Assembly (NCBI GenBank): GCA_040767255.1
Contig: JAXGOZ010000003.1
Location: 1-64,000, forward strand
From: Caldisericia bacterium
GTDB lineage: Bacteria; Caldisericota; Caldisericia; UBA6126
Reading direction: 5' to 3'
Length of the DNA stretch: 64,000 bases
Each line of letters opens with the position of its first letter. Positions within the stretch are counted from its first letter, which is position 1. Shown one piece after another: positions 43,423 to 54,211 of this stretch. Position numbers and translations under genes: made by a program. Under the pieces are notes generated by a model. That model was not told where the DNA came from. It made no database searches and saw nothing but the letters and a program-made list of their open reading frames with translations.

Positions 43423-45544
43423 TTTCTTGTGGATCAACACCTTTCATGGTAAGACTTACTCTACCATTTTCAGGATCAACAGAAGCAACTTTAACTGTTA
43501 CCTTTTGACCCATTTGAATAAGAACTTCATCGCCTACTTTCAGTTTACCATTGTCGAAATTTACACGTTTAGATGAAATCTGAGAAATGTGAAGCAGTCC
43601 GTCAGTTCCTTTTTTCAGTTCCACGAAAGCTCCAAAATCACAGACTCGTACAACCTTGCCAGTATAAATCTGACCAGGCTCTATTTCACGAGTAATATCA
43701 TGAATTTCTTTTAAAGCAGCATTCAAACCTTCTTCATCGTCGGAAGCGATAAAAACTCGTCCATCCGGTTCAATGTCTATCTTCACTCCAGTTTCTTCAA
43801 TGATTCGTTTGATATTTTTCCCACCAGGACCAATCAAATCTCCGATACGGTCTGTGCTGATTTGTACAATTTCTAATCGGGGAGCATATTTTGAAAGATC
43901 AGGTCGGTAGGTTTGTATGGTCTCAAACATTTGATCCAATATATCGATCCGAGCCATTCTAGCTTGTTCCAGTCCTTTTTCAATAATGGACAAGGTAACA
44001 AATTGTTTTTTTACATCCATCTGGATCGCTGTAATACCATTGCGAGATCCAGCAACTTTAAAATCCATATCTCCTGAAAAATCTTCTATACCTTGGATAT
44101 CTGTTAAAATGCGATAATCGCTTCCGTCCGATATTAAGCCCATAGCAATACCAGCTACGGGTTCAATAATAGGAACTCCTGCATCCATAAGAGCAAGAAC
44201 GCTTCCGCATATAGATGCTTGGGAACTAGAACCATTGGATTCTAATACTTCAGAAACGACATGGATGGTGTATGCAAATTTTTCTTCTGGTGGAATGATA
44301 GGAAGAATTGCTCTTTCTGCTAGTGCACCATGACCCACTTCTCTTCTTCCAGCTCCTCGTAATGGTCTTACTTCGCCGACACTGAAGGGTGGGAAATTGT
44401 AGTAGTGCATAAAATGCTTTGTCATTTCTTCATCAATGCTTTCAATCAGTTGACCTTCTCCTTTTCCACCTAGAGTGACGACTGACAATACCTGTGTTTG
44501 TCCTCTTGTAAAAACAGCACTACCGTGTGTTCTAGGTAAAAAGCCCACTTCCATTGACAGTTTGCGAATTTCATCTGCTTTTCGGCCATCTGGTCTTTTA
44601 TTCTCTCGAATAATCTGCTTGCGTACATAAGCAGTCACATACTCATCAAATGCTAGATCGAGTTCGCCTTCACGTTCTTCAAACATCGGGTCACAAAATG
44701 CGTGCATATCAGTTCTCAACTCATGTTCTGCTGCTTCACGTTGTGTTTTGTCAGGGTTGAACAATGCATCTTCGATTCTAGAATCGAGATAATCTTTGAC
44801 AGCTGCAATTGCATCAGAGGATGGTACTGGCTTCTCAACGATCAGCTTTTCTTTCTTAGGAATCGAAGCAATAATATCTTTCTGCCAGTTCATCATTTCG
44901 ACATTAGTATTGTGAACGAAACGGAAAGCATCGAGTATAACATCCTCTTTTAGTACCGAAGCTCCAGCCTCAACCATCATAATTGATTGTTCTGTTTCAG
45001 CTACAACTAGATCCAAAAGAGAGTTGTCCGATTCATCAGTGGAAACATTTGCCATAAACTCACCATTCACCATGGTACAACGAGTTGCTGCAATGGGGCC
45101 ATCAAACGGTACATTTGAAATGGATGTAGCGATAGAAGCCCCATTAATAGCCAATATATCGGGTGCATTTATTCCATCAAAGGAAAGAACATAAGCGATG
45201 ATTTGAACGCCATGTCGTAAATACTTTGGAAACAAAGGTCTTAAAGGACGATCAATTAATCGTGATCGAAGAATTTCCTTATCTGATGGTCTTCCTCCTC
45301 GTTTAAAAAAACCTCCGGGAATCTTACCAGCAGAGTAGAGCTTTTCGGAATAATCGACAGTAAGCGGGAAAAAATCAATTTCTTCGTTTGGTTCCTTTGT
45401 CATTGTCACAAGGACTAAGACTTTTGTTTCTCCTGCAGTGCATAATATGGAAGCACCAGCTTGTTTGGCAAGTTTTCCATATTCAAAACGGTAATTAACA
45501 CCATGTAAAGTGCGTTCAAACAACATTTCTTCTTGTTCTTTCAT
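43415..45544 (-). CDS. pnp: polyribonucleotide nucleotidyltransferase
   Basis: 709 aa: two RNase PH domains, KH and S1. Confidence 0.95.
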   Translation of the reverse strand: MKEQEEMLFERTLHGVNYRFEYGKLAKQAGASILCTAGETKVLVLVTMTKEPNEEIDFFPLTVDYSEKLYSAGKIPGGFFKRGGRPSDKEILRSRLIDRPLRPLFPKYLRHGVQIIAYVLSFDGINAPDILAINGASIATSISNVPFDGPIAATRCTMVNGEFMANVSTDESDNSLLDLVVAETEQSIMMVEAGASVLKEDVILDAFRFVHNTNVEMMNWQKDIIASIPKKEKLIVEKPVPSSDAIAAVKDYLDSRIEDALFNPDKTQREAAEHELRTDMHAFCDPMFEEREGELDLAFDEYVTAYVRKQIIRENKRPDGRKADEIRKLSMEVGFLPRTHGSAVFTRGQTQVLSVVTLGGKGEGQLIESIDEEMTKHFMHYYNFPPFSVGEVRPLRGAGRREVGHGALAERAILPIIPPEEKFAYTIHVVSEVLESNGSSSQASICGSVLALMDAGVPIIEPVAGIAMGLISDGSDYRILTDIQGIEDFSGDMDFKVAGSRNGITAIQMDVKKQFVTLSIIEKGLEQARMARIDILDQMFETIQTYRPDLSKYAPRLEIVQISTDRIGDLIGPGGKNIKRIIEETGVKIDIEPDGRVFIASDDEEGLNAALKEIHDITREIEPGQIYTGKVVRVCDFGAFVELKKGTDGLLHISQISSKRVNFDNGKLKVGDEVLIQMGQKVTVKVASVDPENGRVSLTMKGVDPQENE

Positions 45545-45553
45545 GTATTGTGT

Positions 45554-45820
45554 TTATCCTCTGATTCCTAAGCGTTGGATCAATGACTGATAGCGATCCA
45601 AATCTTTTTTCTTTAAATACTTCTGCAATCTTCTTCTTTGTCCAACCATTTTTAAAAGACCTCTGCGAGAACTATGGTCGTGTTTATGTTCACGCAAATG
45701 GTCCGATAAAACTTGGATTTTCTTCGTTAAAATTGCAATCTGAACTTCAGGTGAACCATTGTCACCTTCATGCGTTTTAAAACTTTCAATAATAGAAGTC
45801 TTTTCCTCTTTCGTAAGCAT
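45554..45820 (-). CDS. rpsO: 30S ribosomal protein S15
   Basis: 88 aa, …[29 protein letters not shown]. Confidence 0.95.
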   Translation of the reverse strand: MLTKEEKTSIIESFKTHEGDNGSPEVQIAILTKKIQVLSDHLREHKHDHSSRRGLLKMVGQRRRLQKYLKKKDLDRYQSLIQRLGIRG

Positions 45821-45924
45821 ACAATCCTCCAGTTCCTCTCACATAGAACTCCGTTGAGGAAAACAAAAGCCCATGTAAAAGGTCGTTCATAAAATGATAT
45901 TTTGTGTATTTTTGATTTCTTTTT

Positions 45925-46809
45925 TTAGAAATAAAATACTCTCTCTATTTTAACGTTTGATCCGAATTCATCAAGGTCAATTTTATTTCCTGTAACAATC
46001 TGATTAAGTGTGACTATGTTGTCTTTTAACACTTCGAAATCGCATTTGGGGATTTCGGTAATAAAAGGAGTGTTACGAGGAAAAACAGATACAAATGCTC
46101 CTAAAGAACCTAAACCCAAATACCCTTTTCCTAAATGAGCATGGTGATCAGTAAATGATCCACATTCTGCTGCAGAATCATTCAGGTGAACAAGATCTGT
46201 ATGTTGAAAGATGGATGGATAGTCTCTTTTTAGAAATCTCATTGCATCTTTTGACTCAAACTGACAACCTACTACGAAAAGATGAGCTGTATCAAGACAA
46301 ACTTTCACAGGATATTTTTCATGTAAATCATGGATAAACTGATTAAACTTAGATATATCAGCACTAATACTTTTTTTCATGGTTGTGTTTTCAAGAAGTA
46401 ACTCGCACCGTACATCAATATCGTATAAAATTGTGTGCATTTCTTCAGCAATTCGACGAATTGGAAAATCACGGTCAACATTGACGTGTACAACTAGACC
46501 GTCGGCACCAAGGTCGTCAGCTTCTTGCAGTTTGTAGCGGATTTTTTTCCAGGAGGGTATTGTTGAGTCATTTTTCGAAACTCGTAAAGCTGTACTATCA
46601 GAAGCATGTACAAAAACTTTCTGTATAGTTTTCTGCTTTTTTAAACGAGCGAAAATAGCCCTGTAATGAAGTTTTCTTTTTATGGACAATCCGGATAAAG
46701 GTTCCAAAAAAAGTTGAAAACAATCAATTTGCAACTCGTCAATACTTTTACGAATAGATTCCATATCATTGGTAAGTCGAAGATGTGTTCCAATCATACA
46801 GATGATCAT
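45925..46809 (-). CDS. nfo: endonuclease IV (AP endonuclease family 2)
   Basis: CLDTAHLF, HLNDS, HAHLGKG metal-binding motifs. Confidence 0.85.
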   Translation of the reverse strand: MIICMIGTHLRLTNDMESIRKSIDELQIDCFQLFLEPLSGLSIKRKLHYRAIFARLKKQKTIQKVFVHASDSTALRVSKNDSTIPSWKKIRYKLQEADDLGADGLVVHVNVDRDFPIRRIAEEMHTILYDIDVRCELLLENTTMKKSISADISKFNQFIHDLHEKYPVKVCLDTAHLFVVGCQFESKDAMRFLKRDYPSIFQHTDLVHLNDSAAECGSFTDHHAHLGKGYLGLGSLGAFVSVFPRNTPFITEIPKCDFEVLKDNIVTLNQIVTGNKIDLDEFGSNVKIERVFYF

Positions 46810-46985
46810 ATGGAACTTGGAAAGAAATGCAATGAACAGGTTTCACTTTCTTCTGAGTGAGTATCATTCCTAAGAAATAAAGGTGAACATAGAAATTCAA
46901 GGTTTTTGAACTTCGAATTTCTATCTTGACTATAATGGAAGAGGCGTTTGAATTTCATGATCTTATTTTTTGCAAGGAGTTAGTT

Positions 46986-48335
46986 ATGAAAATTGCTGTA
47001 ATCGGTGGGGGTCCTGGTGGTTATGTTGCTGCCATACGCTGTTCTCAATATGGTGGAGAAGTCACTTTAATTGAGGAAAGCTACCTTGGGGGAACATGTG
47101 TAAATGTCGGTTGTATCCCAACAAAAGCATTACTAAAAGGAGTTGAACCTTTGGCTCAATGGTCACATTTTGGAAAACTAGGCCTTGAAGGACCAAAGCC
47201 AACTATAAATATTGAAAAATTAATGAAGCATTCTTCTAGGGCAATTCAAATGTCTCGTCAAGGGATCGAATACTTGCTGAAAAAAAACAAAATCCAATGG
47301 ATTCAAGGCAGAGCTTTTGAAATACAAGATCATACTGTTTTCGTACAGAAAGGGGATGATCAAATCAATGTACAATTCGATAAAATCATCCTGGCTACTG
47401 GTTCTGTATCAAGTACAATTCCTGGTATAGATATTGATCATGAAAGAATTATTTTTAGCGATCAAGCATTGAATTTGTCTGAAATTCCAAACAACATGGT
47501 CATTATTGGTGGTGGAGTCATTGGTTCTGAAATGGCAACCATATATAACCAATTGGGTACAAAAGTGACCATATTAGAAGGACAAAGTCAACTATTACCA
47601 TGTGAAGATACAGATGCTGCCCATGCTCTTCAAAAAAGTATGCATTCAAGTGGAATCGATATCCACTGCCACAGCATGGTTGAATCTGTGATTCGTAAAG
47701 ACAAGACCGTGCAGGTAACATGGAACCACGAGAACCAAACCCAATCTATAGAAACTGACACTGTCTTGATGGCAATTGGTCGCAGACCTAATATTCTCCC
47801 ATCTCTACTAGATCCCTTTGGTATTGAATACTCAAACAAAGGAGTTTTAACAAGTCCCTATCTGGAAACCAACCATCCAGATGTCTACTGTATTGGGGAT
47901 TTGAATGGCAAATGGATGCTTGCCCACACAGCAAGTAGAGAAGGGATGATTGCTGCTGCAAAAATTTTTGACAAAGAAACACTCCCCATCCAATATGGTC
48001 TTCAACCAAGTGTTGTTTTTACCTTTCCTGAGCTGACAGGTGTTGGAAAAAGATTAGCAGAACAAACTTATATTTTCCCCTACAGTGCAAATGGTAAAGC
48101 CCGTGCCAGTGGAATTCGAGATGGTTTTGTAAAAATTTTTCTTGACGACCACAAATTGGTTGGATGCACGTTTTTTGGTGAACACGCCTCTGATATGATC
48201 AGTATTGCAACAATGGCAATTCAAAACAAGCTTTCTTTATCTGAGTTGAGCTTTATCACATTTCCTCATCCCACTTTTTCAGAAGTATTTTCAGAATCCA
48301 TCGAATTAGCAGAAAACATGGCCATACATATGTAA
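46986..48335 (+). CDS. lpd: dihydrolipoyl dehydrogenase-type pyridine nucleotide-disulfide oxidoreductase
   Basis: GGGPGGYVAA, redox-active GGTCVNVGCIPTK, and C-terminal HPTFSE. Start at MKIAVIGGG (AAGGAG RBS). Confidence 0.8.
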   Translation: MKIAVIGGGPGGYVAAIRCSQYGGEVTLIEESYLGGTCVNVGCIPTKALLKGVEPLAQWSHFGKLGLEGPKPTINIEKLMKHSSRAIQMSRQGIEYLLKKNKIQWIQGRAFEIQDHTVFVQKGDDQINVQFDKIILATGSVSSTIPGIDIDHERIIFSDQALNLSEIPNNMVIIGGGVIGSEMATIYNQLGTKVTILEGQSQLLPCEDTDAAHALQKSMHSSGIDIHCHSMVESVIRKDKTVQVTWNHENQTQSIETDTVLMAIGRRPNILPSLLDPFGIEYSNKGVLTSPYLETNHPDVYCIGDLNGKWMLAHTASREGMIAAAKIFDKETLPIQYGLQPSVVFTFPELTGVGKRLAEQTYIFPYSANGKARASGIRDGFVKIFLDDHKLVGCTFFGEHASDMISIATMAIQNKLSLSELSFITFPHPTFSEVFSESIELAENMAIHM

Positions 48336-48414
48336 TGATTACGTAATTGTGTTGCAAGTCTTTCTTTTTGTTTTAGACTGTAGAAGCAAACTAAGATAGG
48401 AGTTTAATATTCAG

Positions 48415-49458
48415 ATGATAACAAAAGAAGAAGTACTAAAAACCCTTCAAAAAGTAATGGACCCAGAACTTCACAAAAGTATTGTAGATTTAGGGATGGT
48501 CAAAAATCTCACGATCAATCACGACGAAGTATCTTTCGATTTAAACCTTACCACAATAAAATGCCCGTTAAAACAACAAATGGCAGATCAAGCCAAGGAA
48601 GTGCTTTCGTCGATAGGATTGCAAAATGTAAAGATCAATTTTACAGAAATGACCCAAAAAGAAAAAGAAGCAATTGGCATGGGTGGACCCCATATTTTGC
48701 CAAAAGGGAAAATTCGAAGAATCATAGCTGTAGGGTCTGGAAAAGGTGGAGTTGGCAAATCCACCGTGGTTACAAACCTTGCCATTGCTTTAGCAAAACA
48801 AGGCAAAAAAGTTGGAGTACTTGATGCGGATGTTTTGGGACCCAATATCCCTGTCATGTTCAATACAGAAAAGCATCCTGTAGGAAATGACACTTCCATG
48901 CAACCTATTGAACAATACGGCGTTAAGGTAATTTCTATCGGCTTCTTAACACAAGGATCAAACGAGCCTATTGTTTGGCGAGGACCAATGATTTCCAATG
49001 CAATTCAACAGTTATATTCCATGACACAATGGGATGAATTGGATTATCTGTTGATTGATTTACCCCCCGGTACCAGTGATGCTATGTTAACCGTAGGACA
49101 ATCACTACCACTTGATTCTGGATTGGTTGTTACAATCCCCTCCAAGGTCTCCACTGATGATGCAACAAGATTCTTTAAAACATTTCAAAAATTACAGATT
49201 CCTGTCGTTGGAATTGTTGAAAATATGAGCTTTTTCAAAGCTCCTGATACAGGTCATACCTACCCTATTTTTGGAGAAGGTGGGGGACAACTAATGGCAG
49301 ATTTGATGAAAGCCCCTCTTCTGGTAAAGATACCAATTGATCAACAAGTAGGAACCTGTGGTAATAATCAAAAACCAGTTGTCATTGAAAATCCTGATTC
49401 ACCTTCTGCTGGAAGCTTTTTTGACCTAGCTCAGAAGATCATCTCTTCACTTCCATAA
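48415..49458 (+). CDS. mrp: Mrp/ApbC Fe-S cluster carrier ATPase with N-terminal DUF59
   Basis: GKGGVGKST Walker A; CxxC-like region. Confidence 0.88.
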   Translation: MITKEEVLKTLQKVMDPELHKSIVDLGMVKNLTINHDEVSFDLNLTTIKCPLKQQMADQAKEVLSSIGLQNVKINFTEMTQKEKEAIGMGGPHILPKGKIRRIIAVGSGKGGVGKSTVVTNLAIALAKQGKKVGVLDADVLGPNIPVMFNTEKHPVGNDTSMQPIEQYGVKVISIGFLTQGSNEPIVWRGPMISNAIQQLYSMTQWDELDYLLIDLPPGTSDAMLTVGQSLPLDSGLVVTIPSKVSTDDATRFFKTFQKLQIPVVGIVENMSFFKAPDTGHTYPIFGEGGGQLMADLMKAPLLVKIPIDQQVGTCGNNQKPVVIENPDSPSAGSFFDLAQKIISSLP

Positions 49459-49465
49459 AAGAAAG

Positions 49466-49510
49466 AAATGGCCAAAGGGTTAAAAGACCCTTTGGCCATT
49501 TCTCATTTTT
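49466..49510. terminator. bidirectional rho-independent terminator (15-bp stem AAATGGCCAAAGGGT / ACCCTTTGGCCATTT)
   Basis: Perfect stem between convergent mrp and the Na/Pi cotransporter, with T/A tracts on both sides. Confidence 0.85.
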
Positions 49511-49528
49511 ATCACACGATACTATATT

Positions 49529-51232
49529 CTACACTATCGTGGTTGCGTATTTATCTTTTTCTTTTGGAACAGTGAAGTACTTCACAATGTTATACGCATG
49601 ATCCCCAATTCTTTCAAGGTTAGTTAATAAATCGTTGATCACGACTGCGTTATCAATGCTCAATTCATCCGTTACCGAATTCATGTACCGATTCACATTG
49701 TTTTCTTTGATCACTTCGGATAGATGGTCAACTTCTTTTTCTCGTTTACGAGATTTCGTATATATGTCGTCTAGCTCAGATTGATGAAAATGATCTCGGG
49801 AGTTGGCCAAGAGCATGTTTGCAGTCATCATGTTTTCTTTGATTACACGATACAAATCTGTTAGGTTATCAATATTTTCTTGGGATAAATTGGTGTTGTT
49901 TTCAAAAATATGCTCAGCGACTTCATACATGTTTGTTGCATGGTCTCCCCATCTTTCTAAATCAGACGAAACGTGCATAAAGTTCAAGGCTATCTTGCTT
50001 TCATCTTCTGTTAGATTGCTATTGTAAAGATCTTTTAAGTACACAATTGTGTCTCGGTTAATCTGGTTTACAATTTTTTCAATTTCCCACACTTCTTTGG
50101 CATCTCTAAATTGTTTCTCTTTTAAAATCACAAGCATTTGACTGTCTACCATGTCTTTGGCTAATTCTGACATTCTGTGTAATTCTTCTCGGCAAGATTC
50201 CAATGCCAATGATGGAGTGCTAATTAAACGTTTATCAAGAAAAGATTTTAGAGCGTATTTGGGCATTTCTCCAGGAATAAGCAGTTTTACAAAACGGGTG
50301 AAAAGAGTAACCTGCCAACACCAAAACAATGACCAAGTCACATTGAATACTGTATGGCTATTAGCAATCAATCGTTGAAGTGTATAATGTCCCCCAGAAG
50401 TGAAGTTGGTAATTTGCATGACCGCATCAGCGTACCACCCATTAACAATGAAGGGGTAAATAACAACAACCCCGGTAAAGTTAAAGATAAAGTGTGCCAT
50501 CGCAACTCGTTTGGCGTTTTTATTTGCTCCAATTGAGGCAAGTGCCGCTGTAATTGTAGTTCCAATATTGGCACCCAAAATAAGTGGTATTGCGCTTTTA
50601 AAGCTTAATAGTTGCTCTTTGGCCATTGTAACCACCAAAGAAGTGGTTGCAGAAGAGGATTGCACAATACCGGTAAACAAAGTAGCAGCAATAATACCCT
50701 GTATGGGAGAATCTCCAAAACCAGCCATAATATTTACAAAGGGTTCGTATACTCGCAAAGGTTTTAATCCAGATGTCATAAGAGAAAGACCCATAAGCAA
50801 AAATCCAAACGAAACGATAGAGTTTCCAACAGCTTTTGGTTTTCGACGTTTCGCTAAGAAAACAATTAAGAGTCCAACGGGGACAATAAAAAAACCCCAT
50901 TCAGCAATATTGAAAGCAATAATCTGGGCAGTAATCGTAGTACCAATGTTTGCTCCAAAAATTAACCCAAGAGATTGTTCAAATGTCAGTAGACCAGAGT
51001 TTACAAAGGCCAGCGTGATAACGGTTACAACCGAAGAAGATTGTACCAAAGAAGCTAGAAGCGCGCCTGTGAGTAAACCAATCCAAGGTGATTTTGTAGC
51101 AGAATTTAAGATGCTTTTTAGTTGATCTCCTGCTACATCCTTTAAATACTCACTGAAAGTAAACAACCCATACAGGAATACTCCCAGACCGCCAATAATA
51201 AATCCAATATCATTTGCCGTTAATGGTCCCAT
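49529..51232 (-). CDS. Na/Pi cotransporter family protein with C-terminal PhoU-like domains
   Basis: Duplicated NptA transmembrane repeats (…GANIGTTITA… twice) plus a PhoU-like cytoplasmic tail. Confidence 0.8.
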   Translation of the reverse strand: MGPLTANDIGFIIGGLGVFLYGLFTFSEYLKDVAGDQLKSILNSATKSPWIGLLTGALLASLVQSSSVVTVITLAFVNSGLLTFEQSLGLIFGANIGTTITAQIIAFNIAEWGFFIVPVGLLIVFLAKRRKPKAVGNSIVSFGFLLMGLSLMTSGLKPLRVYEPFVNIMAGFGDSPIQGIIAATLFTGIVQSSSATTSLVVTMAKEQLLSFKSAIPLILGANIGTTITAALASIGANKNAKRVAMAHFIFNFTGVVVIYPFIVNGWYADAVMQITNFTSGGHYTLQRLIANSHTVFNVTWSLFWCWQVTLFTRFVKLLIPGEMPKYALKSFLDKRLISTPSLALESCREELHRMSELAKDMVDSQMLVILKEKQFRDAKEVWEIEKIVNQINRDTIVYLKDLYNSNLTEDESKIALNFMHVSSDLERWGDHATNMYEVAEHIFENNTNLSQENIDNLTDLYRVIKENMMTANMLLANSRDHFHQSELDDIYTKSRKREKEVDHLSEVIKENNVNRYMNSVTDELSIDNAVVINDLLTNLERIGDHAYNIVKYFTVPKEKDKYATTIV

Positions 51233-51253
51233 ATGCCCTCTTTCTTCTCAATG

Positions 51254-53671
51254 CTATTGAACGATTATATTCACAAGTCTTGAAGGAATAATGATCCACT
51301 TTCGGATCGTTTTATCTGTTGTGTATCCTTGTATCTTTTCTCGTTGTAAAATCCTTTGTTTTAACACAGCTTCTTCAATGTCGGTAGGAACTGTTATCTT
51401 ATCTCGTACTTTTCCATTTATCTGGATTGCAATCTCAATCTCTGGATCCTCGCATAATTCTTCTTGGTACTGCGGCCATTGCGCACAAAAAACGGAATCG
51501 GGATGATTCATTTGGTTCCACAGTTCCTCACACAGATGTGGAGCAAAAGGTGCTAAAAGCTGTACGAGGATTTCAATGGTTATTGTAGGAAGAAAAGAAA
51601 GTTTCTGCAAATGATTCACATAAATCATCAATGCCGATATTGCTGTATTGAATGAGTAAGATTCAATGTCTTCAGTAACTTTTTTCATGGTTTTATGCAT
51701 AAGTCGCATAGTGGAATCAGCAGGAGCTTTGTTTTGAATATTGCCATCTTGGTACAATGACCAAACTTTATTGACAAAACGTTTAACCCCTTCAACTCCT
51801 TGTGTATTCCATAAGGATTCTTGATCGAAAGGTCCCATAAACATTTCATACATCCGAATAACGTCTGCTCCATAACGGTCTAATACTTCATCGGGATTAA
51901 TAACATTACCCAAAGATTTTGACATTTTTCTACCGTCTTCTGCCAAAACCATCCCTTGGTTTCGTAACTTCATGAATGGCTCTGGACAATGTACTACTCC
52001 AAGGTCAAACAAAAACTTATGCCAAAACCGAACATACAAAAGGTGTAAATTAGTATGTTCTCGACCTCCGATGTAAGCATCTACAGGTAACCAATATTGA
52101 ATTGCCTCTTTAGAGGCAAGGCTATCAGAGTTTGTAGGATCTGTATACCGGATGTAATACCAGGAAGAACCTGCCCACTGTGGCATGGTATTGGTTTCTC
52201 GCATTGCCGGTCCACCACAGGTAGGACATGTGGTGTGAACCCAATCTTTCATTTGTACCAATGGTGATTCTCCGGTGCCGCTAGGCTCATACGAAGTAAC
52301 TTTAGGTAAAGTTAAGGGGAGTTGATCCTCTGGAATTCCTACACACCCGCAGTTTTGACAGTGTACGATTGGAATGGGTTCTCCCCAAAAGCGTTGTCTA
52401 GAAAAAATCCAATCTCGTAGACGATATTGAGTAGATGATTTTCCCATACCCTTTTCTTCTAAAGCTTTTATTATCTCCTGAATTGCTTTTTCTGAATGCA
52501 TGCCATTAAATGGTCCTGAATGGATCATTCGACCTGGTAAATCAAAGGCATGATCAGTAGGCATTTCGCCTTCATATGGCTCAATAACCGGAGTAATCGG
52601 TAACTGATACTTTTGTGCAAAATCAAAATCTCTTTGATCGTGAGCTGGTACTGCCATTATAGCACCCGTACCATAACTCATGAGAACATAATCGGCTACA
52701 TACACTGGAATTCTCGTATCTGTAAAGGGGTTACGGCAATACAGCCCTGTGAAGATTCCTGTTTTATCTTTGTTTAGCTCGGTTCTTTCCAAGTCACTTT
52801 TTGATTGTATCAACTCTCGGTATTCTTGTAACTGTACTGCAAATTTTCCTGAAACAAATTGATCTAACAAAGGATGTTCGGGGGATAACACCATGTAGGT
52901 AGCACCAAAAATTGTATCTGGTCTTGTGGTAAAAATCTCTACTGATTCAGTAGTTTGATCAATTGGAAAAAAAATCGTGGCTCCAGTGGATTTGCCAATC
53001 CAATTTCTCTGCATTGTAATAACATCACTTGGCCAGTCAACAAGATCAAGGTCATTCATTAATCGTTCTGCATACGCTGTTATTCGTAGCATCCACTGAC
53101 GAAGGTTTTTCCGTTCAATCGTAGCTCCACAACGATCACATTTACCATTTACAACTTCTTCGTTCGCTAGTCCCGTTTTGCAGGAGGGACACCAGTTAAT
53201 GGGTGCTTCTTTTTCGTAGGCCAATCCATGTTTGAAAAGTTGAAGAAATATCCACTGTGTCCATCGATAATAAGAAGGATCAGAGGTTGTAATCTCACGT
53301 GTCCAATCATAGGAAAAACCAAAGCGTGAAATCTGCCTCTTAAAATTCCGAATATTTTCTTCGGTGGCTATTTCAGGATGGATCTTTTTTTGGATTGCAT
53401 AATTTTCTGTTGGCAATCCAAAAGCATCCCATCCCATTGGGTGTAAAACTTGAAATCCGTTCATCATTTTGTATCGAGCCACAATATCGCTGGCAGTATA
53501 TCCTTCTGGATGTCCAACATGTAGGCCTGCAGCAGAAGGATAAGGAAACATATCCAGGATATAAAACTTCTCTTTTGATTCATCTAAATCGACATGATAT
53601 AGTCCTTCATCTTCCCATTTTTTCTGCCACTTCGTATCAATTTCTTGAAAAGGAAAATCATCTTTGCGCAT
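51254..53671 (-). CDS. leuS: leucine--tRNA ligase
   Basis: 805 aa, HIGH (HVGHPEGY), KMSKS, CP1 editing domain. Confidence 0.95.
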   Translation of the reverse strand: MRKDDFPFQEIDTKWQKKWEDEGLYHVDLDESKEKFYILDMFPYPSAAGLHVGHPEGYTASDIVARYKMMNGFQVLHPMGWDAFGLPTENYAIQKKIHPEIATEENIRNFKRQISRFGFSYDWTREITTSDPSYYRWTQWIFLQLFKHGLAYEKEAPINWCPSCKTGLANEEVVNGKCDRCGATIERKNLRQWMLRITAYAERLMNDLDLVDWPSDVITMQRNWIGKSTGATIFFPIDQTTESVEIFTTRPDTIFGATYMVLSPEHPLLDQFVSGKFAVQLQEYRELIQSKSDLERTELNKDKTGIFTGLYCRNPFTDTRIPVYVADYVLMSYGTGAIMAVPAHDQRDFDFAQKYQLPITPVIEPYEGEMPTDHAFDLPGRMIHSGPFNGMHSEKAIQEIIKALEEKGMGKSSTQYRLRDWIFSRQRFWGEPIPIVHCQNCGCVGIPEDQLPLTLPKVTSYEPSGTGESPLVQMKDWVHTTCPTCGGPAMRETNTMPQWAGSSWYYIRYTDPTNSDSLASKEAIQYWLPVDAYIGGREHTNLHLLYVRFWHKFLFDLGVVHCPEPFMKLRNQGMVLAEDGRKMSKSLGNVINPDEVLDRYGADVIRMYEMFMGPFDQESLWNTQGVEGVKRFVNKVWSLYQDGNIQNKAPADSTMRLMHKTMKKVTEDIESYSFNTAISALMIYVNHLQKLSFLPTITIEILVQLLAPFAPHLCEELWNQMNHPDSVFCAQWPQYQEELCEDPEIEIAIQINGKVRDKITVPTDIEEAVLKQRILQREKIQGYTTDKTIRKWIIIPSRLVNIIVQ

Positions 53672-53774
53672 ATTGTCCTCACTTGTAAAATTTTGACCAC
53701 GGTATGATTATAGTAAAAATCAGATTTTGTGATAAACTCAAATTGATTTTGATTTGATTTTTAGGAGGATATAG

Positions 53775-54044
53775 ATGAAAAAGTGGTTATACATCTTAGC
53801 TGGTCTTATTGTGACAATTGCAGGTATTTGGATGGGCGTCCATTGGTGGTCTATTTTCTGGCCCTTCCTTCTTGGAGTCGGAATCTCTTTTGTTATTATG
53901 GCAGGCATCATTATTTTAATTGTCGGCTTCATGACTCCTGCAAAAGAAGAGACGTTTGAAATGCCCGATGATGATACAGATGAAGATTCTTGTTCGCATG
54001 ATTGCGAAAATTGTGGTGGAACTACTGACAAAAACAATCCCTAA
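53775..54044 (+). CDS. small membrane protein (2-3 TM) with an acidic, Cys-containing C-terminal tail (…DDDTDEDSCSHDCENCGG…)
   Basis: 89 aa with a strong RBS (TAGGAGGATATAG-ATG). No family recognised. Confidence 0.5.
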   Translation: MKKWLYILAGLIVTIAGIWMGVHWWSIFWPFLLGVGISFVIMAGIIILIVGFMTPAKEETFEMPDDDTDEDSCSHDCENCGGTTDKNNP

Positions 54045-54094
54045 AAATTTCTTAGGTGCTTTGTTGAATTTCGATTGATAAAATACTATTATAG

Positions 54095-54211
54095 GAATGC
54101 TTTCAGGGCAGGGTGAAATTCCCTACCGGCGGTAACAGTCCGCGAGCTTATCCAGCAGGATTCGGTGAAATTCCGATACCGACAGTATAGTCTGGACGGG
54201 AGAAGGCATTC
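54095..54211 (+). ncRNA. FMN riboswitch (RFN element) in the ribU leader
   Basis: CAGGGCAGGGTGAAATTCCCTACCGGCGGTAACAGTCCGCGAGC … GGATTCGGTGAAATTCCGATACCGACAGTATAGTCTGGACGGGAGAAGG matches the RFN consensus. The 10-bp P1 is GAATGCTTTC/GAAGGCATTC (one G·U pair). The 3' end lies about 40 nt before the ribU ATG. Confidence 0.9.

Noticed and set aside
46870-46960. Inverted repeat GAAATTCAAGGTTTTTGAACTTCGAATTTC upstream of lpd as a regulator (Rex-like) box
   Set aside because: It is an imperfect palindrome that does not match the Rex consensus (TTGTGAA-N4-TTCACAA). It may be a generic operator, but there is not enough evidence to call it.
50511-51125. 204-aa plus-strand ORF
   Set aside because: It is antisense to the Na/Pi cotransporter gene and has a low-complexity translation. 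Shadow ORF.
53672-54050. Expected T-box leader upstream of leuS
   Set aside because: No T-box core (AGGGTGGNACCGCG; searched on the relevant strand) and no specifier or antiterminator architecture. The space is occupied instead by a well-signalled small ORF.
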